From: Gallionellaceae bacterium UBA2239
GTDB lineage: Bacteria > Pseudomonadota > Gammaproteobacteria > Burkholderiales > UBA9220
Length of the DNA stretch: 64,000 nt
Direction of reading: 5' to 3'
Assembly: GCA_002347615.1 (NCBI GenBank)
Contig: DDYH01000006.1
Coordinates: 8,573-72,572 of the forward strand
Shown here: one piece after another, positions 29,684 to 39,655 of the stretch
Numbering within the stretch: position 1 is the first letter of the stretch
How the letters are laid out: each line of letters opens with the position of its first letter
The notes under the pieces: model-generated
The model's database searches: none
Told to the model about the DNA's origin: nothing
What the model saw: the letters and a program-made list of their open reading frames with translations, nothing else
Made by a program: the position numbers and the translations under genes

Positions 29684-30535
29684 GTGCTGAACGCGGCCCT
29701 CCAGGAGAAAATCCGCGCCCGCCTCGGCGCCGAGCCGGCCAAGCTGCGGGCGCTCTCGGGCGGCGACGTGGGAGAGGTCTACGGCCTGGAGGCCGGGGGC
29801 GAACGCTACGCCGTCAAGGTGGACCGGGCCGAAAGCGGCGCCCTGGCGGTGGAGGGGCGGATGCTGGACTACCTGGAGCGTCATGCCGAACTCCCCGCCC
29901 CCCGCGCCCTGGCCTATGATGCCGGCTTCCTCCTCATGACCTGGGTGGAAGGCGGCAGCGGCGGCGGGGCCGACGCCCACGCCGCCGACCTGCTGGCGAC
30001 CCTCCACAACCTATCCGCCGACGCCTACGGCTTCGACTTCGACACCGTCATCGGCGGCCTGCGCCAGCCCAATCCCTGGACGCCCCGCTGGCTGGACTTC
30101 TTCGCCGAGCAGCGGGTGGTGGAAATGGCGCGGCAGGCCTTTGACGCCGGCAACCTCCCCAGCGAGCTGCTGCGCCGGGCCGAGCGCCTCGCCGGCCGGC
30201 TGGGCCAGTGGCTGGACGAGCCGGACCAGCCCGGCCTGGTCCACGGGGACATCTGGGGCGGCAACGTGATGGGCAGCGGCGGGCGCATCACCGGCTTCAT
30301 CGACCCCGCCCTGTACTTCGCCGACCCGGAAGTGGAGCTGGCCTTCATCACCCTGTTCTCCACCTTCGGCGACGCCTTTTTCCGCCGCTATGCCGAGCGC
30401 CGCGGCCTGAGCGCTCACTTCTGGGAGGTGAAGCGGGACCTCTACAACCTCTATCCCCTGCTGGTCCACGCCCGGCTGTTCGGCGGCGGCTACGTCAGCC
30501 AGGCGGGGGGCATTCTGCGGCGCTTCGCCGGTTGA
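29684..30535 (+). CDS. Fructosamine/ketosamine-3-kinase family protein
   Basis: 283 aa. LSGGDVGEVY .. LVHGDIWGGNVM .. IDPALYFADPEVELAF is the family pattern. Confidence 0.85.
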   Translation: MLNAALQEKIRARLGAEPAKLRALSGGDVGEVYGLEAGGERYAVKVDRAESGALAVEGRMLDYLERHAELPAPRALAYDAGFLLMTWVEGGSGGGADAHAADLLATLHNLSADAYGFDFDTVIGGLRQPNPWTPRWLDFFAEQRVVEMARQAFDAGNLPSELLRRAERLAGRLGQWLDEPDQPGLVHGDIWGGNVMGSGGRITGFIDPALYFADPEVELAFITLFSTFGDAFFRRYAERRGLSAHFWEVKRDLYNLYPLLVHARLFGGGYVSQAGGILRRFAG

Positions 30536-30574
30536 CAAGCTCTGGTGCCTCGGACATCCTGAAAAACCTTTTAT

Positions 30575-30710
30575 CGCGGAGGATGCGGAGGAACATCAAA
30601 AAACCTGACAGGATTTACATGATTTTCAGGATTCGCAGGATGACGGGTTTATCCTGCCAATCCCGTTGATCCTGTCCAGGATTTTTCCTCAGCGTCCTCG
30701 GCGGTTCAAG
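30575..30710. repeat. Long imperfect palindromic intergenic repeat, family C
   Basis: CGCGGAGGATGCGGAGGAA pairs with TTCCTCAGCGTCCTCGGCGG, and CCTGACAGGAT pairs with ATCCTGTCCAGG. Ends are approximate. Confidence 0.6.
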
Positions 30711-30726
30711 ATTTTTAACGGTTTCC

Positions 30727-31038
30727 ATGACCAAACTGCGACCGATCCTCTTTGCCTGGCTGGCTTTCTTCCTGCTGTTCGCCCAGCAGGGGGCGGCGAC
30801 CCATGCGCTGTCGCACCTGACCGAGCACCGCCCGGCCCAGCAGGAAAAGCAGCTGCCCCATTCCCCCGCCTGCGACAAGTGCGTGGTGTATGCGGGGGTC
30901 GGCGCCGGCGCGGCGTCCGCCACCGCAACGTTCGAACTTCCTTCCGCCGGGGTGGAGCCGGGGCTGCTTCCCGCGCCGGCGTTCCGCTCCGAAACCCCGT
31001 CCCACTACCGTTCCCGGGCCCCGCCCGTCCTCGCCTGA
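30727..31038 (+). CDS. Small membrane-anchored His/Cys protein (DUF2946-like)
   Basis: N-terminal TM LFAWLAFFLLFAQQGAA, then HALSHLTEH and a CDKC motif. Followed by a hairpin plus T-run at about 31057-31095. Confidence 0.5.
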   Translation: MTKLRPILFAWLAFFLLFAQQGAATHALSHLTEHRPAQQEKQLPHSPACDKCVVYAGVGAGAASATATFELPSAGVEPGLLPAPAFRSETPSHYRSRAPPVLA

Positions 31039-31106
31039 TCTGACGCGAATCATCCGGGCGCAGCCTTCGGGCGTCGCCCTGTTCCGTTTTTTCTGACGAG
31101 GCAACT

Positions 31107-32498
31107 ATGTTCCAACGCAAACTGATCGCGCTGGGCGTCCTCCTGGCGCTCGGCCTGCCGTCCCCATCCCGGGCGGCCTCCGACACGGAGTTGCAGCAGC
31201 TCCGCCGTGAAATCCAGCTCATGAAACAGGCCTACGAGGCCCGCATCGACGCCCTGGAGCGGCGCATCAACCTGGCCGAGAACCAGGCGGACAAGGCCCG
31301 GGAGCGGGCCGAAACCGTGGCCGCCGCCCCGGTGCCGGCCCAGGGGGAGAACGCCTTCAACCCCGGCATTTCCCTGATCCTTTCCGGCACCTACGCCAAC
31401 CTGTCCCAGGACCCTGCGGGCTATGCCATTTCCGGCTTCGTCCCCTCCGGCGGCGAGGTGGGGCCCGGCGAGAGGGGCTTCAGCCTGAAGGAATCCGAGC
31501 TGGTGGTGAGCGCCAACATCGACCCCAACTGGCGCGGCAACTTCACCCTGGCGGTGGCGCCGGACAACACCGTGGCGGTGGAGGAGGCCTACGTCCAGTC
31601 CCTGGCCCTGGGCAACGGCCTCACCGCCAAGGGCGGGCGCTTCTTCTCCGGCGTCGGCTATCTCAACGAGCAGCACCCCCACAGCTGGGACTTCGTCGAC
31701 GCCCCCCTGGCCTACCAGGCCTTCTTCGGCAACCAGCTGGGGGAGGACGGGGTGCAGCTGAAATGGCTGGCCCCCACCGACACCTATCTCGAAATCGGCG
31801 CCGAGCTGGCCCGGGGCCGCAGCTTCCCCGGCAGCGACCGCAACAAGAACGGCACCGGCCTGTCCACCCTGTTCGCCCACCTGGGCGGCGACGTGGGGGC
31901 GAGCCACGCCTGGCGCGCCGGCCTGTCCCTGGTGCGCACCTCGCCCCGGGACCGGGCCTACGACGATATGGACAGCACCGGCACCGCCGTCACCAACGCC
32001 TTCAGCGGCGACAGCAAAATGTGGCTCGCCGATTTCGTCTGGAAATGGGCGCCCCAGGGCAATTCCAAGTCCACCAACCTTACGCTCCAGGGCGAATATT
32101 TCCGCCGCACCGAGGACGGCAGCCTGACCTACGACACCGCCGCCGCCTCCCTCGGCACCGCCACCGGGGCCTACGCCTCCGCCCAGTCCGGCTGGTACGT
32201 GCAGGGGGTGTACCAGTTCATGCCCCACTGGCGCGCCGGCCTGCGCTATGATCGCCTGAACGGGGGGTCCACCGGCATCGGCCTGGTCAACAGCGGCGCC
32301 CTCACGGCGGCGGATTTCCCCCTCCTGGGCGCCTACGACCCCCGCAAGGCCAGCCTGATGGTGGACTACAGCCCCAGCGAGTTCAGCCGCCTGCGCTTCC
32401 AGCTGGCCCGGGACCAGTCCCGCCAGGGGCTCACCGACAACCAGCTGTTCCTGCAATACATCATGAGCCTGGGCGCCCACGGCGCCCATAAGTTCTGA
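31107..32498 (+). CDS. Outer-membrane beta-barrel (porin-like) protein with N-terminal coiled coil
   Basis: Signal peptide ..LGLPSPSRAA. Coiled coil ELQQLRREIQLMKQAYEARIDALERRINLAE. Alternating beta-strand pattern. C-terminal ..GAHGAHKF (terminal Phe). Confidence 0.7.
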   Translation: MFQRKLIALGVLLALGLPSPSRAASDTELQQLRREIQLMKQAYEARIDALERRINLAENQADKARERAETVAAAPVPAQGENAFNPGISLILSGTYANLSQDPAGYAISGFVPSGGEVGPGERGFSLKESELVVSANIDPNWRGNFTLAVAPDNTVAVEEAYVQSLALGNGLTAKGGRFFSGVGYLNEQHPHSWDFVDAPLAYQAFFGNQLGEDGVQLKWLAPTDTYLEIGAELARGRSFPGSDRNKNGTGLSTLFAHLGGDVGASHAWRAGLSLVRTSPRDRAYDDMDSTGTAVTNAFSGDSKMWLADFVWKWAPQGNSKSTNLTLQGEYFRRTEDGSLTYDTAAASLGTATGAYASAQSGWYVQGVYQFMPHWRAGLRYDRLNGGSTGIGLVNSGALTAADFPLLGAYDPRKASLMVDYSPSEFSRLRFQLARDQSRQGLTDNQLFLQYIMSLGAHGAHKF

Positions 32499-32509
32499 GG
32501 AGACGCTTC

Positions 32510-33415
32510 ATGTGCAAGCACCTGTTTAGATTGATGCTGGCGGTGGCGGCCCTGGCCGCCATCCCCGCCCACGCCGCCCTCAACCTCCTCGCCTGCGAGC
32601 CCGAATGGGGCGCCCTGGCGCGGGAGCTGGGGGGCGACAGGGTGAGCGTCTACGACGCCACCACCGCCTTCCAGGACGTGCACCACATCCAGGCCAAGCC
32701 CAGCCTGCTGGCGCGTGCCCGCAACGCCGACCTGCTGGTGTGCACCGGCGCCCAGCTGGAAATCGGCTGGCTGCCGATTCTGCTGCAGCAGTCCGGCAAC
32801 CCGAAAATCCGCCCCGGCCAGCCGGGCTGGTTCGAGGCTTCGGCCTACGTGCCCATGCTGGAAGTGCCCGCCCGCCTGGACCGGGCGGAAGGGGACGTGC
32901 ACCCCGGCGGCAACCCCCACATCCAGACCGACCCCCGCAACATCGCCCGGGTGGCCGGCGCCCTGGCGAAACGCCTGGCCCAGGTGGACCCGGCCAACGC
33001 CGACTTCTACCAGGCCCGCCACCAGGACTTCTCCGCCCGCTGGCAGGGGGCCATTGTCCGCTGGGAGAAAGAGGCCGCTCCCCTCACGGGAACGCCGGTG
33101 GTGGTGCAGCACAAAGGCTTTCCCTACCTGGAAGCCTGGCTCGGCCTGAAGCAGGTGGCCGCCCTGGAACCCAAGCCCGGCATGGAGCCCACCGCCGCCC
33201 ACCTGGAAAGCGTCCTTGCCCAGCTCCAGCGCCAGCCGGCGAAAATGGTGCTGCGGGCCGCCTACAACGACGGCCGCGCCTCCGACTGGCTGGCCCAGCG
33301 CACCCGAATCGCGGTGGTGGTGCTGCCCTACACCGTGGGGGGCTCAGACAAGGCCAGGGACCTGTTCGGGCTGTTCGACGACACGCTGCAGAAGCTGTTG
33401 CAGGCGGCGAAATAA
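32510..33415 (+). CDS. ZnuA/TroA-like metal ABC transporter substrate-binding protein
   Basis: Signal peptide. DVHHIQAKPS, GDVHPGGNPHIQTDPRN and FPYLEAWLGL motifs typical of cluster A-I SBPs. Confidence 0.8.
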   Translation: MCKHLFRLMLAVAALAAIPAHAALNLLACEPEWGALARELGGDRVSVYDATTAFQDVHHIQAKPSLLARARNADLLVCTGAQLEIGWLPILLQQSGNPKIRPGQPGWFEASAYVPMLEVPARLDRAEGDVHPGGNPHIQTDPRNIARVAGALAKRLAQVDPANADFYQARHQDFSARWQGAIVRWEKEAAPLTGTPVVVQHKGFPYLEAWLGLKQVAALEPKPGMEPTAAHLESVLAQLQRQPAKMVLRAAYNDGRASDWLAQRTRIAVVVLPYTVGGSDKARDLFGLFDDTLQKLLQAAK

Positions 33416-33416
33416 C

Positions 33417-33527
33417 GGCTTCCCCTCTCCCCATTCCTCCCCCGCCTGCGGGGAAGGGGGTTCGGCCACCAAGCGTTTTCCTCCCCTCCCCCGCAAGCGG
33501 GGGAGGGGTTGGGGGAGAGGGAAAACA
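33417..33527. repeat. Family A palindromic repeats (two units) between the SBP and permease genes
   Basis: CCTCCCCCGCCTGCGGGGAAGGGGG and CCCCTCCCCCGCAAGCGGGGGAGGGGTTGGGGGAGAGGG. Confidence 0.8.
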
Positions 33528-33539
33528 AGGAAAGTCCAA

Positions 33540-34304
33540 ATGAATTTCGACGCCCTCAGTCTTGCCATCCTCGGCCCGGCTTTTCTCGCCGGGCTGGTGG
33601 TGCTGTCCACCCACGTCCCCCTCGGCGCCCAGGTGCTGAAGCGGGGCATCGTCTTCATCGACCTCGCCATCGCCCAGGTGGCCGGCCTCGGGGTGCTGGC
33701 CGCCGGCCGGCTGGGCTTCGAGCCCCAGGGCTGGGGCGTGCAGGCGGCCGCCGTTTCCGCCGCCCTGGCCGGGGCCCTGCTGCTTACCTGGAGCGAGAAG
33801 CGCTGGCCCGAGGTGCAGGAGGCCCTGATCGGCGTGCTGTTCGTGGTGGCCGCCAGCGCCGGGGTGCTGCTGATGGCCTCCGACCCCCACGGCGGCGAGC
33901 ACCTCAAGGACCTGCTGGTGGGGCAGATACTGTGGACCGGCTACGACCAGCTGCCCCCGGCGGCGGGCTTGTCCGCCCTCATCCTCGCCCTCTGGTTCGG
34001 CTTCGGCCAACGCTTGGGACGGACCGGGTTCTACGTGCTGTTCGCCTTCGCCGTCACCGCTTCGGTGCAGCTGGTGGGCCTGTACCTGGTGTTCTCCAGC
34101 CTGATCGTCCCGGCCCTCGCCACCCGGCGCATGGGCCGGGGGCGGCTGGGGGCGGCTTATCTCCTGGGGGCGGTGGGCTATGGGGCGGGGCTGGCCCTGT
34201 CGGCTTTGTACGACCTGCCTTCCGGGGCGGTGATCGTTCTGGCTCTGGCAGCGTTGGCGGTGCCGGTCTACGCTTTGGGGCCGAAGGCGGGGCAGGAGGC
34301 CTGA
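33540..34304 (+). CDS. ZnuB-like (ABC-3 family) metal transporter permease
   Basis: ATG at 33540 (MNFDALSLAILGPAFLAGLVV..). About 254 aa with multiple TM segments. GIVFIDLAIAQVAGLG motif. Confidence 0.8.
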   Translation: MNFDALSLAILGPAFLAGLVVLSTHVPLGAQVLKRGIVFIDLAIAQVAGLGVLAAGRLGFEPQGWGVQAAAVSAALAGALLLTWSEKRWPEVQEALIGVLFVVAASAGVLLMASDPHGGEHLKDLLVGQILWTGYDQLPPAAGLSALILALWFGFGQRLGRTGFYVLFAFAVTASVQLVGLYLVFSSLIVPALATRRMGRGRLGAAYLLGAVGYGAGLALSALYDLPSGAVIVLALAALAVPVYALGPKAGQEA

Positions 34305-34747
34305 GCCTCGGCCCGTCCCGCACCGTCCAGCATCCGCTTCTCCCGCTGGAACACCAGGATGGAGCCGATGCGCAGGCTGCCCAGCACCAGCAGCAGGGCG
34401 GAGAGGGCGTAGATTTCGCCCGGGCCGATCCGGTGCTCGAACAGCTTGATCATGATCTCCCGCAGCACGAACACGATGCCGGCGTCGACGATGAAGGTCA
34501 TGCGCAGGCGGTGTTCGCTGAAATAGTCGGTGAGGGAGCGGGACAGCTCGATCAGGATGAACAGGGTCAGCACCTCGGAAATGATGCGCACGTACTGGCG
34601 GGTGATGTCCTCGTTCACCAGCAGGTCCCCCAGATTGAAGAACAGGCGGGCCACGCCGACGATGATGCCGAGGGCGATGAACAGCAGCATGATGCTGAAG
34701 GCGCCGCACAGCACCTTGTCGTAGAGTTTCATCAGGGTGGATTTCAT
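34268..34747 (-). CDS. psiE: PsiE-family (phosphate-starvation-inducible) membrane protein
   Basis: 159 aa. ..[14 protein letters not shown].. and ..[19 protein letters not shown].. are typical of PsiE. The 3' end overlaps the convergent permease gene by 37 nt. Confidence 0.7.
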   Translation of the reverse strand: MKSTLMKLYDKVLCGAFSIMLLFIALGIIVGVARLFFNLGDLLVNEDITRQYVRIISEVLTLFILIELSRSLTDYFSEHRLRMTFIVDAGIVFVLREIMIKLFEHRIGPGEIYALSALLLVLGSLRIGSILVFQREKRMLDGAGRAEAQASCPAFGPKA

Positions 34748-34820
34748 GATGGCGCCTCCAGGGAGGATGGGCGGGGATTATAATTCCCACAAGATTTCAC
34801 TTTTGCGAACGGAAACCCTA

Positions 34821-35357
34821 ATGGAACAGTACCGCGGCACCACTATCCTCTCTGTCCGGCGCGGCGACAAGGTCGCCCTCGGCGGCGACGGCCAGGTCAC
34901 CCTGGGCAACATCGTGGTCAAGGCCAGCGCCCGCAAGGTGCGCCGCCTGTACCACGACAATATCCTGGCCGGGTTCGCCGGCGGCACGGCGGACGCTTTC
35001 ACCCTGTTCGAGCGCTTCGAGTCCAAGCTGGAAAAGCACCAGGGCCACCTGCTGCGCAGCGCGGTGGAGCTGGCCAAGGACTGGCGCACCGACCGCATCC
35101 TGCGCCGCCTGGAAGCCATGCTGGCGGTGGCGGACCGGGAAGTGTCCCTCATCATCACCGGCAACGGCGACGTGCTGGAGCCGGAACACGGCCTGGTGGC
35201 CATCGGCAGCGGCGGCCCCTACGCCCAGGCCGCCGCCCGCGCCCTGCTGGACCATACCGAACTGCCGCCCCAGGAGGTGGTGAAGCAGGCGCTCACCATC
35301 GCGGCGGACCTGTGCATCTACACCAACCAGAACCATGTGATCGAGTGCCTCGATTGA
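34821..35357 (+). CDS. hslV: ATP-dependent protease subunit HslV
   Basis: [29 protein letters not shown].. (catalytic Thr after processing) and [14 protein letters not shown]. Confidence 0.95.
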   Translation: MEQYRGTTILSVRRGDKVALGGDGQVTLGNIVVKASARKVRRLYHDNILAGFAGGTADAFTLFERFESKLEKHQGHLLRSAVELAKDWRTDRILRRLEAMLAVADREVSLIITGNGDVLEPEHGLVAIGSGGPYAQAAARALLDHTELPPQEVVKQALTIAADLCIYTNQNHVIECLD

Positions 35358-35577
35358 GCTGGTAGCTCGTAGCTAGTAGCGGGTAGCTTATAAGTGCGCG
35401 CTTGGCGCGCTCATTTTGAGCTACAAGCAACAAGCTACCCGCTACAAGCTGAAAGGTAGCCATGACCCAAATGACCCCCCAAGACAACACGCCGCGCAGC
35501 GGATTGTTGCGGCGTAGGCTGGCCTTTCGCGAAGCGCAAGGTCATGCCGTAGCCAAATCGTTCACGAGGCAGAACCC
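35358..35577. repeat. Repeat-rich hslV-hslU spacer (family D palindrome 35358-35465 plus a second palindromic unit)
   Basis: GTAGCTAGTAGCGGGTAGCTT pairs with AAGCTACCCGCTACAAGC around GCGCGCTTGGCGCGC. ACGCCGC..GCGGCGT hairpin at about 35488-35514. Confidence 0.7.
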
Positions 35578-36909
35578 ATGACTCAGATGACTCCGCAAGA
35601 AATCGTCCACGAGCTGGACAAGCACATCATCGGCCAGCACGCCGCCAAGAAGGCGGTGGCCGTGGCCCTGCGCAACCGCTGGCGGCGGCAGCAGGTGCCC
35701 GACCCGCTGCGCTCCGAGATCACCCCCAAGAACATCCTGATGATCGGCCCCACCGGCGTGGGCAAGACCGAGATCGCCCGCCGCCTGGCCAAGCTCGCCA
35801 ATGCGCCCTTCATCAAGGTGGAGGCCACCAAGTTCACCGAAGTGGGCTACGTGGGCCGGGACGTGGATTCCATCGTGCGGGACCTGGTGGAAATCGCCAT
35901 CAAGCAGACCCGGGAGCAGGAAATCCGCAAGGTGCGCCACCGGGCCGAGGACGGCGCCGAGGAGCACATCCTCGACGTGCTGTTGCCCCCGGCGCGGGAG
36001 GTGGGCTTCACCGCCGCGCCCAGCGAGGAGGAGAACGCCACCCGGCAGAAATTCCGCAAGATGCTGCGGGAAGGCAAGCTGGACGACAAGGAAGTGGAAA
36101 TCGACGTGGCCGCCACCCAGGCCCAGATGGAAATCCTCGCCCCGCCCGGCATGGAGGAGCTGACTTCCCAGATCCAGGGCATGTTCCAGAACATGGGCAG
36201 CGGCCGGCGCAAGACCAAGAAAATGAAGGTGGCCGAGGCGATGAAGGTGCTGGTCGAGGAAGAGGCCGCCAAGCTCATCAACGACGAGGAACTCAAGCTG
36301 CGCGCGGTGCAGAGCGTGGAGCAGAACGGCATCGTGTTCCTGGACGAGATCGACAAGATCACCAGCCGCTCCGAATCCCAGGGCGCGGACGTGTCCCGCC
36401 AGGGCGTGCAGCGGGACCTGCTGCCCCTGGTGGAGGGCACCACCGTCACCACCAAGTACGGCATGATCAAGACCGACCACGTGCTGTTCATCTGCTCCGG
36501 CGCGTTTCATTTGGCCAAGCCCTCGGACCTGATCCCCGAACTCCAGGGCCGCCTGCCCATCCGGGTGGAGCTGGACTCCCTGAGCGTGTCCGACTTCGAG
36601 CAAATCCTCACCAACACCGACGCCTGCCTCACCCGCCAGTACCAGGCCCTGCTGGAAACCGAGGAGGTGAAGCTGGACTTCGCCCCCGACGCCATCCGCC
36701 GCCTGGCCGAAATCGCCTGGGAAGTGAACGAGAAAACCGAAAACATCGGCGCCCGCCGCCTCTACACCGTGATGGAACGCCTGCTGGAGGAGGTGTCCTT
36801 CGACGCCGCCAAGCACAGCGGCCAGACCATCACCGTGGACGCCGCCTACGTGGACGGCAAGCTCAAGGAGCTGGCCAAGAGCGAGGATTTGGCAAGGTAT
36901 GTCCTATAA
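35578..36909 (+). CDS. hslU: ATP-dependent protease ATPase subunit HslU
   Basis: [37 protein letters not shown]. Walker [16 protein letters not shown]. 443 aa. Confidence 0.96.
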   Translation: MTQMTPQEIVHELDKHIIGQHAAKKAVAVALRNRWRRQQVPDPLRSEITPKNILMIGPTGVGKTEIARRLAKLANAPFIKVEATKFTEVGYVGRDVDSIVRDLVEIAIKQTREQEIRKVRHRAEDGAEEHILDVLLPPAREVGFTAAPSEEENATRQKFRKMLREGKLDDKEVEIDVAATQAQMEILAPPGMEELTSQIQGMFQNMGSGRRKTKKMKVAEAMKVLVEEEAAKLINDEELKLRAVQSVEQNGIVFLDEIDKITSRSESQGADVSRQGVQRDLLPLVEGTTVTTKYGMIKTDHVLFICSGAFHLAKPSDLIPELQGRLPIRVELDSLSVSDFEQILTNTDACLTRQYQALLETEEVKLDFAPDAIRRLAEIAWEVNEKTENIGARRLYTVMERLLEEVSFDAAKHSGQTITVDAAYVDGKLKELAKSEDLARYVL

Positions 36910-37002
36910 GTTGCAGGAATGAGTCTTCCAGTTAGAATGGCCGAAAGATAATAAGGTTATGCTGCGACATCATAAGGCCAGTTAATAAATGAAAGCTCCA
37001 CC

Positions 37003-38235
37003 ATGACCCAGCTTAAGCGAACGAAGCCTGCTCGAATTGAATACCTTAAGGTAGAGAATTACCGCGCACTTAAACAAGTCGAGTTGAAAAACATAACTCC
37101 TCTGACGGTATTGCTCGGACCCAATGGTAGCGGGAAGTCCACAATATTTGATGTCTTCGCTTTTCTTTCTGAGTGCTTTGAGTCTGGCCTGCGTCGTGCC
37201 TGGGATCGACGGGGGCGAGCAAAGGAATTGAAGACACGTGGCAGTGATGGCCCAGTAGTCATTGAGATCAAATACAAAGAGCCCGAATTTCCCGTCATCA
37301 CTTACCATTTGGCGGTAGATGAGCATAGGGGCGCGCCGGTTGTGGTGGAGGAATGGCTGCAATGGCGACGGGGGAAAAATGGAAAACCGTTCCGCTTTCT
37401 CGATTATCGGGAGGGTCAGGGACGTGCCATTAGTGGCGAGTTACCGGACGAACAGGACACCCGCCTGGAAATACCTTTGAAGTCGCCGGACCTCATTGCC
37501 GCGAATGCACTTGGCCAGTTTGCGGATCATCCCAGGGTAGCTGCCCTACGGGATTTTATTACTGGGTGGTATGTTTCTTATTTTTCCGTGGATGATACTC
37601 GAGGTCAGCCGGAAGCGGGGCCACAGGAAAGGCTGTCTCGTACGGGAGACAATATTGCCAACGTTATCCAATATCTTGCCGAGCAGCATTCCGACAGGTT
37701 GGAGCATATATTCGAGGTGTTGCGGACACGGGTTCCCCGTGTGGAACGCGTGTTGGCCGAGGTGATGCCGGACAGCCGCTTGCTGTTGCAGATCAAGGAC
37801 GCTCCCTTCGAACACCCGGTGCTGGCGCGCTTCGCATCCGATGGCACGCTTAAAATGTTGGCCTATCTCGTGCTTTTGTATGACCCTGATCCTCCGTCGT
37901 TTATCGGGATCGAGGAGCCGGAAAATTTTCTACACCCCCGTCTGCTGGCCGAATTGGCGGAAGAGTGCCGTGCTGCTTCGGAGCGAGGGCAGCTGCTGGT
38001 AACCACGCATTCTCCTTTTTTCGTCAACGCGTTGCGCCCGGAAGAGGTCAGAGTGTTATACCGTGATGAAGCGGGGTATACCCAAACTGTCCGCGCAGTG
38101 GACATTCAGGGAATACCCGAATTCATGGATGCAGGAGCTTCATTGGGACATCTTTGGTTGGAGGGCCGATTTGGCATGGGAGATCCCCTCGTCAACCAAG
38201 GTGCACCCAACCCAACCAAGAGAGGCACGGCATGA
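37003..38235 (+). CDS. ABC-type (AAA_15/AAA_21, RecF/OLD-like) ATPase
   Basis: Walker [13 protein letters not shown]-loop region, signature-like [11 protein letters not shown], Walker [16 protein letters not shown]-loop VTTHSP. Visibly lower G+C than the flanks. Confidence 0.8.
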   Translation: MTQLKRTKPARIEYLKVENYRALKQVELKNITPLTVLLGPNGSGKSTIFDVFAFLSECFESGLRRAWDRRGRAKELKTRGSDGPVVIEIKYKEPEFPVITYHLAVDEHRGAPVVVEEWLQWRRGKNGKPFRFLDYREGQGRAISGELPDEQDTRLEIPLKSPDLIAANALGQFADHPRVAALRDFITGWYVSYFSVDDTRGQPEAGPQERLSRTGDNIANVIQYLAEQHSDRLEHIFEVLRTRVPRVERVLAEVMPDSRLLLQIKDAPFEHPVLARFASDGTLKMLAYLVLLYDPDPPSFIGIEEPENFLHPRLLAELAEECRAASERGQLLVTTHSPFFVNALRPEEVRVLYRDEAGYTQTVRAVDIQGIPEFMDAGASLGHLWLEGRFGMGDPLVNQGAPNPTKRGTA

Positions 38236-38846
38236 AAGCCAGCCATTTGGAGATATTGGTTGAAGAACCATCTATGGAAGCTTTTCTAAGGGCTATGTTG
38301 CCTAGGTTGCTTGGGGATGAGGCAAGTTTCGAGATATATCCATACCAGTGCAAGGATGATTTGCTGAGAAAGTTGCCGGACCGGTTGCGTGGTTATGCGA
38401 ATTGGTTGCCAGAAACGTGGCGCATCGTTGTTGTTGTAGATCGTGATGATGACGACTGTGCAATGTTGAAACAAAATCTGGAACAGATGGCCGCAAACGC
38501 AGGGTTGCGTACCCGTACAGCTGACAACGGTCTGGCTTGGCAGGTGGTGAACCGCATCGCTGTTGAGGAACTGGAAGCCTGGTATTTCGGTGATTGGGAG
38601 GCGGTGCGGCAGGTTTACCCTAAGGTAAGTGAAACTGTTCCTAAAAAGGAGGGTTTTCGCGATCCTGACGCAATTGGCGGCGGCACCTGGGAGGCCTTTG
38701 AAAGACTTTTGCAACGGGCAGGATATTTCGAGAATGGGTTACGCAAAACTGAGGCAGCTCGAGCTCTTGGTCAGCGCATTGATCCCGCCCGCAGTTGTTC
38801 TCGTAGCTTCCAAGTATTTCGAGATGCTCTCTTGGAAGCGGTCTGA
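38232..38846 (+). CDS. DUF4276-like protein (Toprim-like E..DxD pattern), translationally coupled to the ATPase
   Basis: ATGA overlap at 38232-38235. [54 protein letters not shown] resemble DUF4276 family members as I remember them. Confidence 0.7.
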   Translation: MKASHLEILVEEPSMEAFLRAMLPRLLGDEASFEIYPYQCKDDLLRKLPDRLRGYANWLPETWRIVVVVDRDDDDCAMLKQNLEQMAANAGLRTRTADNGLAWQVVNRIAVEELEAWYFGDWEAVRQVYPKVSETVPKKEGFRDPDAIGGGTWEAFERLLQRAGYFENGLRKTEAARALGQRIDPARSCSRSFQVFRDALLEAV

Positions 38847-38873
38847 TCTGCTCTCGGCCTTTATAATAGGGCT

Positions 38874-39153
38874 ATGGATTTTTCCGCAATTGCCCCCCAC
38901 TACGAACGCAACGCCACCGTGCAGAAATCCGCGGCGGAAGTGCTGATCCGGCTCGCCGCCCTGCACGGCATGGAAGGCATCCTCGACCTGGGCTGCGGCC
39001 CCGGCCACCTCACCGCCCGCCTGCGGGAGCTGACCAGCGGCCGGGTGGCCGGGCGAACCCTCGCCGGGCATGGTGGAGCAGGCCCGGCGGCAGTACGGCG
39101 AGCGGGACATCGTTTTCAGCCTCGGCACCGACCGGGACCTGAACGAGGTGTGA
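38874..39153 (+). pseudogene. Class I SAM-dependent methyltransferase, frameshifted and 3'-truncated
   Basis: MDFSAIAPHYERNATVQKSAAEVL..ILDLGCGPGHLT (motif I), then a frame change near 39050 (..EPSPGMVEQARRQYGERDIVF.. continues in another frame) and a stop at 39151-39153 after about 93 codons. Confidence 0.65.
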
Positions 39154-39248
39154 AATAAAACGGGTCAGCTCCGCTTTTGTCCGGCGGCTATCTTCTTCGC
39201 ATCTTTAGCCCCCATTTGCTATTCGCAAATAGCAAATGCATTTACCCT

Positions 39249-39652
39249 TCAGTGGGCGGGAGATAAGGCGGCGACGGCGATGTCGGTCTTGCCGAAATCG
39301 TTGCCTTTGAACAGCAGCGGTTCGTTGCGTTGGCGGGCCAGGGCGTAGGCGCAGCAGTCGCCGAAATTCAGCCCCGCCGGGTGCCGCCCCTTGCCGAAGC
39401 GGCTGTAGGCTTCCCTTGCCAGCCGGTATTGGGATTCATCCAGGGCCACAATCTCGAACTGGGCGGCGGCGAGCAGTTCGTCCAGAACCGCCACGCCTTC
39501 GGGGCCTTTGCGGGTTTCGATCACGATGGCCGCTTCCAGGGCGGAAACGGCGCTGATGTGCCGCGTGGGGGAGGCGGCGAGAGTGGCGGCGAAAACCTCG
39601 GCATCCGCCTCGTTCAACAGAATGGCGATGATGCCGAGGTGTCGATGACCAT
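39249..39652 (-). pseudogene. vapC: PIN-domain toxin VapC with a 1-nt deletion at codon 7
   Basis: ATG GTC ATC GAC ACC TCG GC|A TCA TCG.. gives MVIDTSASSPFC*. The rest of the PIN domain (IIAILLNEADAEVF..GDCCAYALA..LLFKGNDF) continues in the -1 frame. Confidence 0.75.
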
Positions 39653-39655
39653 GGG

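Noticed and set aside
36910-38875. Search for att-like direct repeats flanking the ATPase/DUF4276 cassette (ATAATAAGG at about 36950 versus TATAATAGG at about 38860).
   Set aside because: Only about 7-8 nt of AT-rich similarity, which is indistinguishable from chance. No integrase or tRNA is adjacent.
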